Below are positions 12,368 to 27,300 of a DNA stretch of 64,000 nucleotides, one piece after another. The stretch's first letter is position 1. Every line of letters starts with the position of its first letter. The position numbers and the translations under genes were made by a program. The DNA comes from Nemertoderma westbladi (taxonomy: Eukaryota > Animalia > Xenacoelomorpha). The stretch lies in contig JAUCBJ010000347.1 in the NCBI GenBank assembly GCA_032718475.1, forward strand, positions 1 through 64,000, given 5' to 3'. The notes beneath the pieces are model-generated. The model was given only the letters and a program-made list of their open reading frames with translations, had not been told where the DNA came from and made no database searches.

Positions 12368-15300
12368 ATGAGTAAGATTTTACTTGTGCTAGCCTTATTG
12401 GTGTTAGCAGTTCAAGCGTTTCCTTTTCGGGGTAAGTTACAGCTTACTATGCCAAGCTAAGTGACAAACAATTAATTTCATAGTAACTACCACCTTCTAA
12501 AATAGTCGAACCTACCATTGAAATCTGGCGTGTCAGTCATAACATATTTATAGCAATATTTTTATATTGGTCCTTGAAACAATTGGTTTTTCCAAGAAAT
12601 TATTGTCACTAAAAAATATATTAACTATCACAAATACATTTTATATCACCAGAAATAAACTATAACCTATTGTTCTATTGAATTTCGTTTATTGTTTTGG
12701 TTATAATAATGTGCCTCAGTAATTTTCTCAGTTTCCCTTATTTAGTGATAATTAATAGATTTTAGTGATAATTTATTATTATTATTGTTAAAATTTGGAA
12801 TTGAATATTTTAGTGATTTTAAAAAATAAGTAAAAATTGTCACTTGTGCTTGGATCTAAAATGCCTCACACTCTTACAAAGTGCTAGATTATAAATCTTG
12901 AAGTAAGTAATAATTATATACTTTGTGGGTTAATAGTAGGTTAATGTACTCCCAACATAAAGTTTGGATGAAGTGCAAATCAGTTTCGAGTTACACCCAC
13001 TGTTTACCCAGATTTACTTTATCGTATCAACTTGTTCAGTTTAACATAATTTGTAAAATGATGTTGGTTTTGCTAAAATTCAGTTAGCCTTGGTTATTTC
13101 ACCATAAATATATTTTGACTATTGGAACTCCGCAAGGTTCACTCATGATGAGTCATTAATATTTGCCTTATGCAAACAAAATCATCATATTTCAGTTAAT
13201 TTAACCAAATCATAACGGTGTAAATATAAGGTGTAGTAGAATGCAGCATCCGCCATATTAAATTTATTATTAAGCCGTAGAATCTTGATAACGGGCACCG
13301 TAATCGAAGCAACAATTTCCCAGTAAATGGAATCTTGAAGGCCAGTGGTGTACATAATAAATATGCTGATAATTCTTAGCATTATTAATATTAATAACAT
13401 TTTATTTTAATAAATTAACGTTTTCTTCTGATAATATAATGTTATAGGTCCGGAAACGCAATCTTCAACGAAATATGTATTTGATTACAACGGTTTTGCG
13501 GTGACAAGTTTGGAGGGACTAGTTAAAAAACATGTGGGATTCCACATTGCCTGCCGAGTTGAATTCGTTCCAGTTAATCATGATAAGTTAATGCTCAAGG
13601 TGAATAACATTAACCCCCACTTATATAATAATTTATTGGAATGTATATTAATTATTATTATAATTTATTGGAAGTAAAATACAAGTGAACTGAAAACAAA
13701 TGTTTCATGAAGTCCCATCTTTCTTAAATCATAAATTTTAACAATTTTTTCTAAACATTTTATATTCAACATTATTTTACTATTTAATACTGTATGTCAA
13801 TTCTATATTTCAGATTGTAGATCCTTATCTATATGACGTAGAAGGAACATGGGAGAAGGAGGAAGAATCTCTGGATGTCAAGACAATTAATGTGGAATTA
13901 ATGGAAAAACTAAAACCTCTGTTGGTAGAAAACCAGGTTGTCTTCAAGTATGTCAATGGCAAAGTTTTTGAGATTGAAGCAAAGAGTGAATTACCTGATG
14001 AGGTTCTTAACATCTTCAAAGGTATCATCAACTTAATTCAAATTCAACTTCAAGAGAACAGATTTGTCTACAATTTGCAAGAAGTAAGTTATTATGTGTT
14101 TAAACAGGTAAACCAGTGTATGTACCTGCCTAGACCTACATACGTAGCAGATAAACCAGTGTATGTACCACCTAGACCTACATACGTAGCAGATAAACCA
14201 GTATATGTACCGACCTAGACCTACATACGTAGCAGATAAACCAGTGTATGTACCGACCTAGACCTACATATGTAGCGGATAAACCAGTGTATGTACCTAC
14301 CTAGACCTACATACGTAGCAGATAAACCAGTGTATGTACCTACCTAGACCTACATACGTAGCAGATAAACCAGTGTATGTACCGACCTAGACCTACATAC
14401 GTAGCAGATAAACCAGTGTATGTACCTACCTAGACCTACATACGTAGCAGATAAACCAGTGTATGTACCTACCTAGACCTACATACGTAGCAGATAAACC
14501 AGTATATGTACCGACCTAGACCTACATACGTAGCAGATAAACCAGTGTATGTACCTACCTAGACCTACATACGTAGCAGATAAACCAGTATATGTACCGA
14601 CCTAGACCTACATATGTAGCGGATAAACCAGTGTAAGTACCTACCTAGACCTACATACGTAGCAGATAAACCAGTGTATGTACCTACCTAGACCTACATA
14701 TGTAGCAGATAAACCAGTATATGTACCTACCTAGACCTACATACGTAGCAGATAAACCAGTGTATGTACCAACCTAGACCTACATACGTAGCAGATAAAC
14801 CAGTGTATGTACCTACCTAGACCTACATACGTAGCAGATAAACCAGTGTATGTACCTACCTAGACCTACATACGTAGCAGATAAACCAGTGTAAGTACCT
14901 ACCTAGACCTACATACGTAGCAGATAAACCAGTGTATGTACTTACCTAGACCTACATACGTAGCAGATAAACCAGTGTATGTACTTACCTAGACCTACAT
15001 ACGTAGCAGATAAACCAGTATATGTACCTACCTAGACCTACATACGTAGCAGATAAACCAGTGTATGTACCGACCTAGACCTACATACGTAGCAGATAAA
15101 CCAGTGTATGTACCGACCTAGACCTACATACGTAGCAGATAAACCAGTGTATGTACCTACCTAGACCTACATACGTAGCAGATAAACCAGTGTAAGTACC
15201 TACCTAGACCTACATACGTAGCAGATAAACCAGTGTATGTACTTACCTAGACCTACATACGTAGCAGATAAACCAGTGTATGTACTTACCTAGACCTACA

Positions 15301-18300
15301 TACGTAGCAGATAAACCAGTATATGTACCTACCTAGACCTACATACGTAGCAGATAAACCAGTGTATGTACCGACCTAGACCTACATACGTAGCAGATAA
15401 ACCAGTGTATGTACCGACCTAGACCTACATACGTAGCAGATAAACCAGTGTATGTACCAACCTAGACCTACATACGTAGCAGATAAACCAGTGTATGTAC
15501 CTACCTAGACCTACATACGTAGCAGATAAACCAGTGTAAGTACCTACCTAGACCTACATACGTAGCAGATAAACCAGTGTATGTACTTACCTAGACCTAC
15601 ATACGTAGCAGATAAACCAGTGTATGTACTTACCTAGACCTACATACGTAGCAGATAAACCAGTATATGTACCTACCTAGACCTACATACGTAGCAGATA
15701 AACCAGTGTATGTACCGACCTAGACCTACATACGTAGCAGATAAACCAGTGTATGTACCGACCTAGACCTACATACGTAGCAGATAAACACCTCAAAACA
15801 ATTGCAAAACAAACGAATGAGATTAAAGTAACAGTATCTTTAAATACATAATACAACACATATTACAATCGATTAATCTTTCTTGAAAAATTTTCCTCTA
15901 ATTCACAATAAATAATTATAATTAAAATGTACACCAAGGTTGGAATAAATGAAAGCGAATTATTAGAGCTCACCAGATACAAATATATAATAAGTGTATT
16001 TATGCTAATGGGGATCATGTGTGTGTTGGATCATTTAACGTAATATATTATGATATGCATGATGATGGGGTGATGATAACTCCACCTACTGGCTCCAGAA
16101 GTCGAGGAAATCCTGCCAAGTACCTAACTGATTTAGACTTTGCTGATGACTTAGGAGTACTCTCAGAATCATTAGAGGGAGCCCAACGGCTCCTCAGCTC
16201 ATTAGAACATGCTGCTTCTAGTGTTGGTCTTTTTATTAACTCCAGAAAGACCAAAATTCTGACAGTTAACTTTGAAAGTCCTCAGCAAGTCTCTGATCGG
16301 ATGAGCATAAGCTCAAAAGATGGTATGCTTGAGCATGTGGACGACTTCTGTTACCTGGGATCATGGATCCGGAAGTCAGGTGAGGACATTCGAATACGTA
16401 AGGGAAAGGCATGGGCAGCCTTGAATAGGCTTTCCAGGATTTGGAAGTCACCGAGAATTAATCGGAAACTTAAGGTCCGATTATTTAGAGCAGCAGTAGT
16501 TCCAGTACTCCTCTACGGGAGTCCATGCTGGGCTCTAACTACTGAGGACACCAAATCTCTGGATGGCACATTCACAAGAATGCTACGCCGGGTTCATTGT
16601 GTCAAGTACAATGCACACATCTCCAACCAGACACTATATAACATTGGAGGTGTCTCATTGGTTCCCCCAAGCTTGACACTAGAACAAAATCGCCTCCGCT
16701 TTGGAGGACATTGCTTTCGCCGTGAGGACCAGCCAGTGCATAATCTTGTACTTTGGCAGCCTCATGGAGTAAATAAGCATGGTGGACAGCTCATGACTTT
16801 CTTGAGACGCATCTTAAAGGACACTGGCCTTAAAGATGCGGATGATCTAGCAAATGTCATGGGTGATAGGGAGTTGTGGCGGTGCAATTTTGTCGAACAA
16901 AATGCCGGCACAGCATTCTTAAAAATGCAGCTGCAATGCAGCATGCCGATCCTAGTAGTAGTATGATATGCAGTTATAATAGAGAAGCATAATTGAAAGC
17001 AAAATCATTTTGTATCTATTAATTAATACAAAATTAATTATTACAGATTGGGATTGATGGCGAATGTGAGACGACATATAATGTATTTAGAGCCGGTGAG
17101 ATTTCCAAAAATATCGAAGTTACAAAAACCCGCAACTTGGAACACTGCAAAACTAATAACTATTTCATGAGATTCTTAACAAAATATACAAAGGACTTCT
17201 CTGTGAGTATTAATTAATAAATTAATAAACATACTGTAGTAATGCCGTATGACCAAATTTGCTTTTAAACCATGTACCTCACAATGAATTATTATCTTTA
17301 TCGCAAAGCTTTAAACTAGACTTAATGAACTATATAATTTTAATATTATATCAATAACTAGTTAATCAAGCACTATTTAATTTAAATCACATAATGATCA
17401 ATAATTTGTAACACCTCTTGATATATATTTAGACGACTGAGAAGAAATTCAGAAAAGCCTCAACTTTCCAGTATAAATTACTTTGGTCTGAGGCAAGCAC
17501 AGAGAAGTTTCTCATTGAGAAGGTTGAAGCTCGTGATGGTTTTATGTTTGTTCCTTACACTAACCGGCAGTTAACTCTGGCATTCCATGCCAAGTAAGTA
17601 GATAATTAAATAGGTTTATGTATTTTAGCTGTTAACTGAAGTGCGTAAGGAATACGAAATAGCATTTTAAATTTGCAAGTAAATCGAAGAAACAAAGCGG
17701 GATTGTAAGCAAAACCCATAGACAATTACAAGTTGTGACAAAAACCCATGACAAGTTTAGGTGAGTTGAGACTTTCCCCAGACACATATCCATATGACGA
17801 GTGGTCATGATGAATTTCTTCTTTATTTTAAATACGAAATAGCCACTATAAAAGTCTAGGGAGGTCAAGTTAACACTGTTTCTGAGTTGTTTCGTATTTT
17901 GTGAAATCTAAACGAATCATTGATTAAATACTAAGTGTTAAACTTATAAATATACTATTATTAGTATAGTACCGGTATCAGAAATAGGTAAATGGTTGAA
18001 TGGAAATATATGAATAATCTTTGTGGAAAAAAGTAACAAATATTCGTTAGAAGATTACAAATGGAGAAGGGAATAATTTTATTTATATTCCTATCAACCA
18101 CGAATACATTTGCTAGGCCTATTATATATTTAATATAATAATTGTTTGTATATGGTTGAAATAATGCAGGATAATAAATAAATAAATTAATTATGCTATT
18201 AATTAAATACGTATTTAAAATAATTAAAATAAATAGTTAAAATAAATATTAATTATCACTCCAAAAGAATCTCATACTAAATAAATATGCCGAATTAATT

Positions 18301-21300
18301 CACGGTTTATTCATAATGCAGTTTGTGTTTTTGTGTTTAATGTTATGTTATATTATAAAATATTTCAGACAAATTCTTACTTCAGTGGGAAAGGAAGAGA
18401 TTGATAATGTGCAGGAAATTGAAGATTTGCAGATTCGCGGTGATCTGATGTACAAAGTGCCAGTGGTAGTAGCCCACGAGGTTGAAGAGACCAATGTCCT
18501 TCAACACGATATCAAACAAGTTATTGAAGATATCATCACAGCTGTAAAGGATAAGGATATTATGGTTAATATTAATACTTAGCATACATTTACATACCCA
18601 CTTCTTAAAATATAACGCATTTTCATCCTAAAATGAAGCACTTACACCATCAAAACGTTGATTACAACGGATTGCAAACCGATGGTGACACTAGCTCCAG
18701 TTATCAAAATGTGGAAGGAATTATTCGATTTTTGAAATACACATGTTAATGTTTCTGTTGTATTTTAGTGAAACTTTAAATTTTATCTTATTATGATTGT
18801 TCTGATAACTTAAGATTTACAATGTAGAAACTTTACTGTAACTTTTGTATTATAAGTCTTTCTCATTTTGCTTCTTAAGGAAGGGTATGCACCATTTTCG
18901 GACAACTTGTTGTTTTTTCACTCCCATCTTGCCTTTAATTGGGATTGAAGGTGCCCAAGTTGTAATTCTACACGTGTCACTGAAAATGTTTCATTTTCAT
19001 CCATTTAGTATTAGTTAATATTACTTAATATAAATAAAAAGGTAGTTGCGCTTTAAAACCTAAGGCATCTATAGTTTTAATTCTGTTTTTATTTGACTAA
19101 TGTGGGGCAGCATAAGGCGAATTTAAATGAAAATAAGTCTGGGCCGCTAGTGGCCGCTTCAAATAATTAATGAGCTATTTTTAAGATAGTTATAAGTTTG
19201 TATTAGATAGTAATAACGATTTCTTTCAAAAAGTTGTCTGACACATTTGTGCACAATCACAATCTAGACATTCAGTGAAAATTTCAGATAATTTGGACAA
19301 AAATTGTAAATGTAAAATATTAGGGTATTGAATTTTTTAAAGTCGGTAAAAAAAATATTCTGAGAAAATTGGAGATAACATTTTGCACCAAAATTATTTT
19401 CAAGTATTTAGTGTTTGTGAAGATAAAAAACATACAATATTATATTAGGTTTTGATTACTGGTCACAAGTAAATTAAATTCAATTACATATTCTTCAGTA
19501 GAATATTTTTAAATTTATTGCCATTATTGCATATTATTATGAACAACTAGAAAATATCCGCATAAAATTATTTATTATATTACAATATCTAGACACTCAC
19601 AAAGGAAATGCCAGAAAAGTTCACCATACTCGTAAAGTACATGAAGGAGTGTAGTAAAGTTACCATTCAAGCTCTTGTGGATCGATTCGTTAACGATAAA
19701 CGAGCCCTCCAAGTCCTTTTCGATGTCATGGGATCAGCTCCAACAACATCAAACCTAAAGATTGTCAAGAGTCTGGTGAGTAAATATCATATTCCATTCG
19801 GACATAATAAAATAATTTTTATTGTAACTAGAAACTGGTAATATGAAGTCCCCTGAGGAAACTCCATAATTAATATATTTTACATTGCAAAAAGAAACCG
19901 GTATTATTAAACCACATCAGACCTAATTAATTAACGTCTCATTGTAACTAGAAACTTGATATATCCTCATTTATATTCCAATCTGACTAATGTTAAGGTG
20001 AAAAATTAAAGATGAAAAAGTATGGTTGTTTTTTTATTAGTTATGAGATCTTAACAATTTTTATAAATACTATTTTTGCAGATTGAAACAAAATTTACTG
20101 AAGTAAAGTTCTTCCTTCCAACATTCTTTAAGTCTGTCGCCATGGTCGGGAGCGATGAAATCCAAGTAGCAGAGATTTTGAAGGAGATTATGCTTCTAGA
20201 TAAAGTCGTAGAACAAAAGATTCTCAAGCATACTCTATGGAAAACATACGGCTCTATTGTCTCCCGCATATGTATGGATCGTAAGACATGCCCCCTCGAC
20301 CTTATTGAGGTAAGTTTATTACATTTAAGGGAATTGGGCCTAAATGAGTTAGTTGCTCGTATCTCTCGTCTACCATTACATTCGATTTGTGTCGGGTATA
20401 GTTTCTGTGAAGTCATCCACATATATTCTGTAAATTACTTTGTCTCTAAAGTCTCATGAAATCTCCAGATACCGTATGTACTATGGTTATCTGGAATGGT
20501 AACATAGGATTACCCCTAATGCTTTTCAGGTTATTTCCAAGGGGGTCCTTAATGTTACTGTCTTACAAATACAATATAACACATTACAAAAAAAATACAC
20601 TTTGCTAACACACAACTCATACAAAACATAATTAATAAATAAATACTCTAATTCCAACTGTACCGAGAGCGTGGCAATGCCAAAATCAGTGTTAATGATG
20701 TACAAGTACAGTACATGTACAATTTATAAATACTCTAATTCCAACTGTACCGAGAGCGTGGCAATGCCAAAATCAGTGTTAATGATGTACAAGTACAGTA
20801 CATGTACAATTTATAAATACTATGATTCAAATGAATGTGAATTCTCTAGATTTTTTTTTGATTAGACAAAGCGTTCTAGGTTTTAATACCGTTAAAACTG
20901 AAGAATCTGTTTCTAAAGATTTACAATTCGAAAGGTAAAAGTTTTGAAGCACTATCTCAGGTACTGTAAGAGTGTGTATCTCACATTCTGTTGAATTATT
21001 GAATAAGGTAATGATTTATTAGAAATTTGGTACCATTTTCATCTTAAAAAGTGTAAGAAGGGTGTTTGTGCTTGTCGTCAATCGAGGGGATTTCAAAATG
21101 CAGACAAGAATGTCATAGATGGAAACGGGAACGAGGTATCTCCGTTGTTTCACACTCACAGATTGTGTTACTTTTTGTTTTCTACTTTATTGGCACTTTT
21201 TATTTTTGCTACTCTAACAGCCAATTCTCAGATTATTGGAGACTACCGAAAATATAGAAGATAAGCTGATGCTAATCAAAGCCGTCGGCAACATGGAACT

Positions 21301-24300
21301 TCGTAAACCTCAAGACATTGATGTTCTTGCCAAGATTTCCAAGAAAAGGAGTGAGAAGGTTATTGTACGCGCTGAAGCAATCAAAGCTCTGAAGAATTCC
21401 ATGAAAATTGTCCCAGAAAAGGTACGCACTTGCACCATTACTCTTGCAATAGGTAGGTAGCTTTTAATAATAGTAATTAGATACTACTTAACTATAAATT
21501 AATATGTAGTATTTAAGATTTCATGTGATGGCGTAATATGTGATCGCACAATTCTGATGACATGTTTCAGAGGAAATAGTTAATTATTAATTATGATTTT
21601 CAGGTTCGAACCATTGTTCTACCAATATTTCTAAATGAACGAGAGGAAACTGAACTGAGGATTTTGGCTTTCACAATCCTAATGGAGGAAACCACAGAGA
21701 AGATGTTATCCAATGTAGCTATGGTTGCTGTTGTCGCTCAAAAGTTAAACACAGAGACCGATATGCAGCTGGTCAGCTATGTATACAGCTACTTCCAGAG
21801 TCTTGCTGATACAACTGAAATATCCAAACGAGATTTGTAAGTTTGTAAAAGTAGCCAAGCAATTTATAACAATAATATTTTCAATCATATTTGTACTTAG
21901 TATAATATTGAGAACATGATAGTTTGGGCCTAAGTTCCAAGGATGATGTGCTTCAGCATGTAGATAGATGACTTCTGATCCTTTGAAGCGCGGATTCGGA
22001 AGTCACGTGAAGACTTCGAATAGGTAAGGGCGGCGTGGGCAGCATAGAATGTGATGTGTTATATAAATTTGGAAATCATAAATACATAATAATATTCTAT
22101 CCATCTATTAAGATTGAATACACTTAAGAATATATTATTTAGAGCAACAGTAGAACCAGTCATCATAAGGGAGTCCAGGCTGGTCTCTCTCATTGCTTTT
22201 TTGTTTTCGGATTATCTCACAAAAAAGTCATGGGTGATAAGCAATTGTAGCGGCGAAATTGAGTTGATATTCCGACATTGCATTGTTAATGCAACAATGC
22301 TGAACTCCGTTTACAGAAAGATTATATATCGAGGAAAAGGACGTGTTTTTCATTATGATTTCCAACCAGATTTAAATGAATAATGACGAATTTAAATATA
22401 TTCAGTTAATATAAATTTAAATTTTTTTTTCTCAGTGCCACTGCAGCTAAACTAGCTCTCCGATTCTGCAAGAACTTTGATAAAGTCACATCAGAGAGAA
22501 TGTCAGGGGTCATTCACATACCATTTTACTCCGAGGAACTTAGGGCCGGATCCACACTGGAAATTCACCTTATTAAGAAGGAATTTGACTTATTCCCCAG
22601 AAATATCATCATCAAAATGAAATCCCATGGCTCCGGTTATGGCATGGAAGTTTTCGAGGTATTTCAGTCTATATTTATTATACATAATGATATATTCAAT
22701 TAGATATTATTAATTATTAATTAAGGTTGTAGTGTACTATTAAGTTGCTATATAGATAATTATTAATTTATTGAATTGAATAAGAAATAATACGTCTATA
22801 TATTTATTTGCCTACTAGTTGAATATAAGAACCGAGAATTTACATCGTCTGCTGACACTTGTTTTTGGACAAGAAGGACTGAATCTCAACATAGAAAACT
22901 TTATAAACTGGATCAAACAACAAACCACTACCGAGGTGACTAATGTTATTAAGACACTTATATCGGATAACTTACACAGCTTCCTTCACCATGATGAACA
23001 GCTTAAACCCAACCTCTTTATCCAACTAAAACTAAATTCAGACAACTTCTTCGACCTTTACATTGATGAGGAGACCATCCGATCACATATAAATGTTAGT
23101 AATAGAGCAGTTAGATACATATTACTTTTTTATAATTACTTGCAACATTTTATTTATAAGATATCCATATATTTTATATTTACTTTGCTCCAGCCAAAAC
23201 CAATAAAACAAATAACACTAAGTAAGTCTGCATAATTATAATATCACTACAACAGATATATGAAAGTAAAATTCTTTAAAAAATCATGAAAAAAATAATA
23301 ATTAAAAATATGATAACATTATTTATGAATCATGGGTACAATCTTATTATCGGAACTATTTAGACTTTTAAATAGGCTACATAAGCTATACTAATTAATC
23401 TGAGTAAACATGGTATTCAGATAACCAGTTAAACCAGTCTGGATATATATTCAGTCTGGACTCCTTTGAGAGCAGGAACGACCGACAAGTGGATGCCCTG
23501 AGTATATGGGTGTCCCTCGAGTCTGCCAGGCCCGCCTCTCAGTTGACTACCCCATATCCTCCCAACTACAGCAGAACAGTGACGAGGTTTATGATACCCA
23601 CTTTGCCAACGTTCTTCCTAATGGAGTAATGACCAGCAATGACATGGATATAGATTCCTCCAGGGCAGATTTTCAGAACATGGTATCTGGTAACTTGTTA
23701 CTCATCCGATCCAAGTGTATATCTTCATCTGTTAGCTCAGCGGCTTCTGGACTTCTCTGCCCCCTTCAGGATGGCGTTGCTACCCCGAATGGGTGTGGAG
23801 CAGTTGTACCTTCTCCTCCACTTTAGAAGATCCCACTCCCTGCTGACAGCAAGTGGGTCCTCTTGGTAGACTTTTAACACTTTCAACAACATTGATTGTT
23901 CCAACATGCTCGTGGAAATAAACGAGCATATGCCATAAATCTCTGCCTGGATCGAAGCCTACTGCGGTACCTAGAGATTTTCCCTTCATTGGGTGACCGC
24001 AAGATTCTCAGCTGCAGTGGCTCGACTAGCTACCCGACTTGAAGGATTCTTAGATGGAGATAGCTCTTGCCTGTCCTTCCCAAAGTTGTGTCTTCTCTTC
24101 GCACTTGCCTGCCCCCCCCCCCCCCCCCCCCCCCCTCACCTCATCGAAACTACGTCCTCGCGGTTTGATTCCGTCATTCATGATGCTTTGTCTGACTTTC
24201 TCTCTTCCAGTTGGTCTGCCAATAAGGCTGTTCTCCCAATTTCCATGGGTGGCGATTGTCTTCGCAGAGCAGTTGATCTTGCCCCGGAGCTGCGGACCCC

Positions 24301-27300
24301 TATGGGACCACCAGGTTAGCTGCGGTGGATGCGGGGACAGGGTTGCTCGTCATGACTCTTTTCAGGCGCATTAGCTACGCAATATGCTGCTCTAGCGCCT
24401 CGAAGCGAAGTCCCTGGCCTCATCCCTGGTTCTTGCAGTCACCCAGCCGACATCTATCTCCCCTACTGATCAGCCCGAGATCCCCCCCCCCCCCCCCCCC
24501 CCCCTTCAGTCGTTGGAGTCCTTTAGAGACCTCACAGATACTACAGATCTTACTATCTTGAACCTAGTAGGGATTTTTATTTTTATTTGCTTTGTATTAT
24601 GAGGAATGGAATTAATCATTTTGATTTGTCTTGTAATGAAGTTAGGGAATTAATCATTTTGATTTGTTTTGATTATGAGTTAGGTAATTATTTATTTTAA
24701 TTTGTTTTATATGAGGAATGGAATTTATTATTTTGTTATTTGCTATTTATTTTTTAATCACAAAAAATAATGTAATGATATTATTGTATGTTACTAACTA
24801 CTACTTTAAGAATAGATTCAAAGATATTTCTTTTAAATAGCTTAATAATGAATGATTATTGAATGAAAAATAATACAAATATGTTTATATTTCAGAATCG
24901 TGAAGATATTTTCTTCACAAACGTAGAAAAATTATTGGGAATGATTAAGAATGGACAGAACTATTTCTACAAGAAAAACCTAATCTCCTACGAATCTACA
25001 ATTCAAGTACCGACAATCATGGGTATCTCTGCCCAGTACAATGTCACAACCGCATCCTTTATGGCTCTGAAGACAGATATAAATATAAAGCAGATATTTG
25101 AAATTCTGGAACGGATTTTACTGAGAAATCGAATTAATAAGAATTTCGTGTTTCAACCAATGTGAGTTACATGAAATAACAGTTTAAACATTATCTGATG
25201 GGAAGTCACACTTTATAACTTTCTATCCATTATATAATTACCTTTAAAAATTAAACAAATTTTAACTAAATGAATGAGATTCGTGCTTAGGTGAGTGATT
25301 GTTCTGTGTATTAAATCTGTTATATTTCAGTACTATTTTATCAATTATATGGCCATAGAAAGCAGGTTAACTCTTGAAGTAGTTTAATGGCCGATTAACT
25401 AAACTCTCTAATAGGAATCATGTGAAACCCCCATTTTTCCACTCCTACTCATCGGAATCCTTGCTTTCAATTAAAGCATTTAAATGAATAATTTTCATTA
25501 ATTATCCATTAAACTCTATTGCAGGTTTTCAATGACGAGATTCGCCCATTTTGGATTTGATATGAAATTTGCACAGACTGGAGGTCTACGTAAATCCAAT
25601 ATTGTGTTTGTTACACCTATCGAAAATGTAAAGGTGGATTTCAATTCGGAGAATTATTTGAAAAACAATCTGGAACTGAAACTCGCTTCCGAAAAAGTCG
25701 ACTTCATTGAATACAAGTAATAATTCTTTATAATTATAGATGCTTTCCATTATTATTATGTCATTATTTTTTATAGAAATCCTTTCAGTATAAAAGATCC
25801 TTATTATATGAAATATAATTATTATTTGAAAACATAATTTTCAACCAAATTTTTCATTTTAGAGATGAACTTTTGAAGTTTACCAAACAACCTTTGGAGG
25901 TCGAAGGAATAACCGAGAATTTGTTTCATTTTAATGAAGATCACCAGATCATTTACCCAGAATTCCCCAACCAAACACCGTTGGACTTTGTTCCCTACTT
26001 TAAAATGATGGGATTGAAATTTGGAATTCGTGGTGAGATGCCATTTGATTGGCAACTAATTAATAGAGACATTTCTATCTTCAAGGAACCTAAAGGACTA
26101 GTTGATCTGAAGTTCTACATTGATCCAGGTAAAACTAAAGTGTATTATTATCAATGATTAGTATTATTCATCCCGAATTTTAGTTCCATTTGTTCCCATA
26201 GGATCTAATACCATAGTTCCCATAGGTTGCCGCCGCTATTCCTTCTAGGTTAAACATCTTAATAAAATCAGGGGCATTATCTATCATACCGTGCCAGATT
26301 AATACTGCAGGTAAATGCTATATTTGATTAAACTGCCCTTGTATTTGTTTTTAGTTTTCACAAGTTTTTGTCTTTGCATTATCTACCGGACCGGTAAGGT
26401 TTTTTGCTTCACTTCGTGGCGAATAATTAAATAAATTCAAACGACTAGGCCTCTAGGTATCATAGTAAATATGTAATTTACAGAGGACAACATTATAACA
26501 ATTGAAATGGAAAACGTGAATTTGTTACCAACGAACGGCTCATATCTTCAGACCCCTAGTCGATAACCAATCGGTCTCGTTCACCCAAAGTCCTATTTAT
26601 AAATATTTATTCAAACTTTAAATGTTAATGAATGTTATAGATCATGCATGTAGAAAAAATGAATAAATTATACAGTAATGGAATTGTATTATAGAGTTAT
26701 ATGTATTTGGAAATTATAATTGGAATTACTTAATACTATACAGTAATTATTGTTATTTCCAGTTGAGTACAATACTGATCGCGTTGTTGTCATTGAACTC
26801 ACCAAGGAAACGGAATTCTACAAATTGAAACTTCGTGATTCTACCGAACAAAAGGGATTTATGTTAAAGTTCAAACTTCCTGAGCAGCTTCGTCACGGTA
26901 TGGAAGTTGAAGTTTCCCCTTTTGATACCTGTAAGTACCTTGACATCAGTCTACTCCACATTGCGCCAGCTATCTATTGAATTAATTATTACTGGTATTT
27001 CTCTATCGGGGCAAGCAATAGTAAATCTTGTATGATTCGATAAAATTATTGCATACAAATTAATTCATATTGTATAATAATACATATACGCCGGGTTTCA
27101 GCTTATTGAAAACACCATTCCACAAATAGAAAGGCCGTATTCAATTCACTACATCTTCACATTAACAGCATAAATTAGTCTCCTGAGACCAAAATGAAAA
27201 TTGTCATCAAAGAGCTCCATACGATGTCGGCTCCTTTGATGATGCATTTTTAATTGCAAGTTTAAGTAGTATAGAATACATGTAAAATATAAGTCAATTT

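Noticed and set aside
19850-19915. CTGAGGA...GAAACCGGTA as another hammerhead
   Set aside because: No stem I or stem II pairing can be drawn.
20893-20946. CTGAAGA...CGAAAGGTA as a hammerhead
   Set aside because: Stem II is displaced from GAAA by unpaired bases, and stem III does not form.
26484-27250. Extra vitellogenin exons after AG at 26483 or 27101
   Set aside because: They give stops or incompatible phases; exons 15-16-17 already join in phase.
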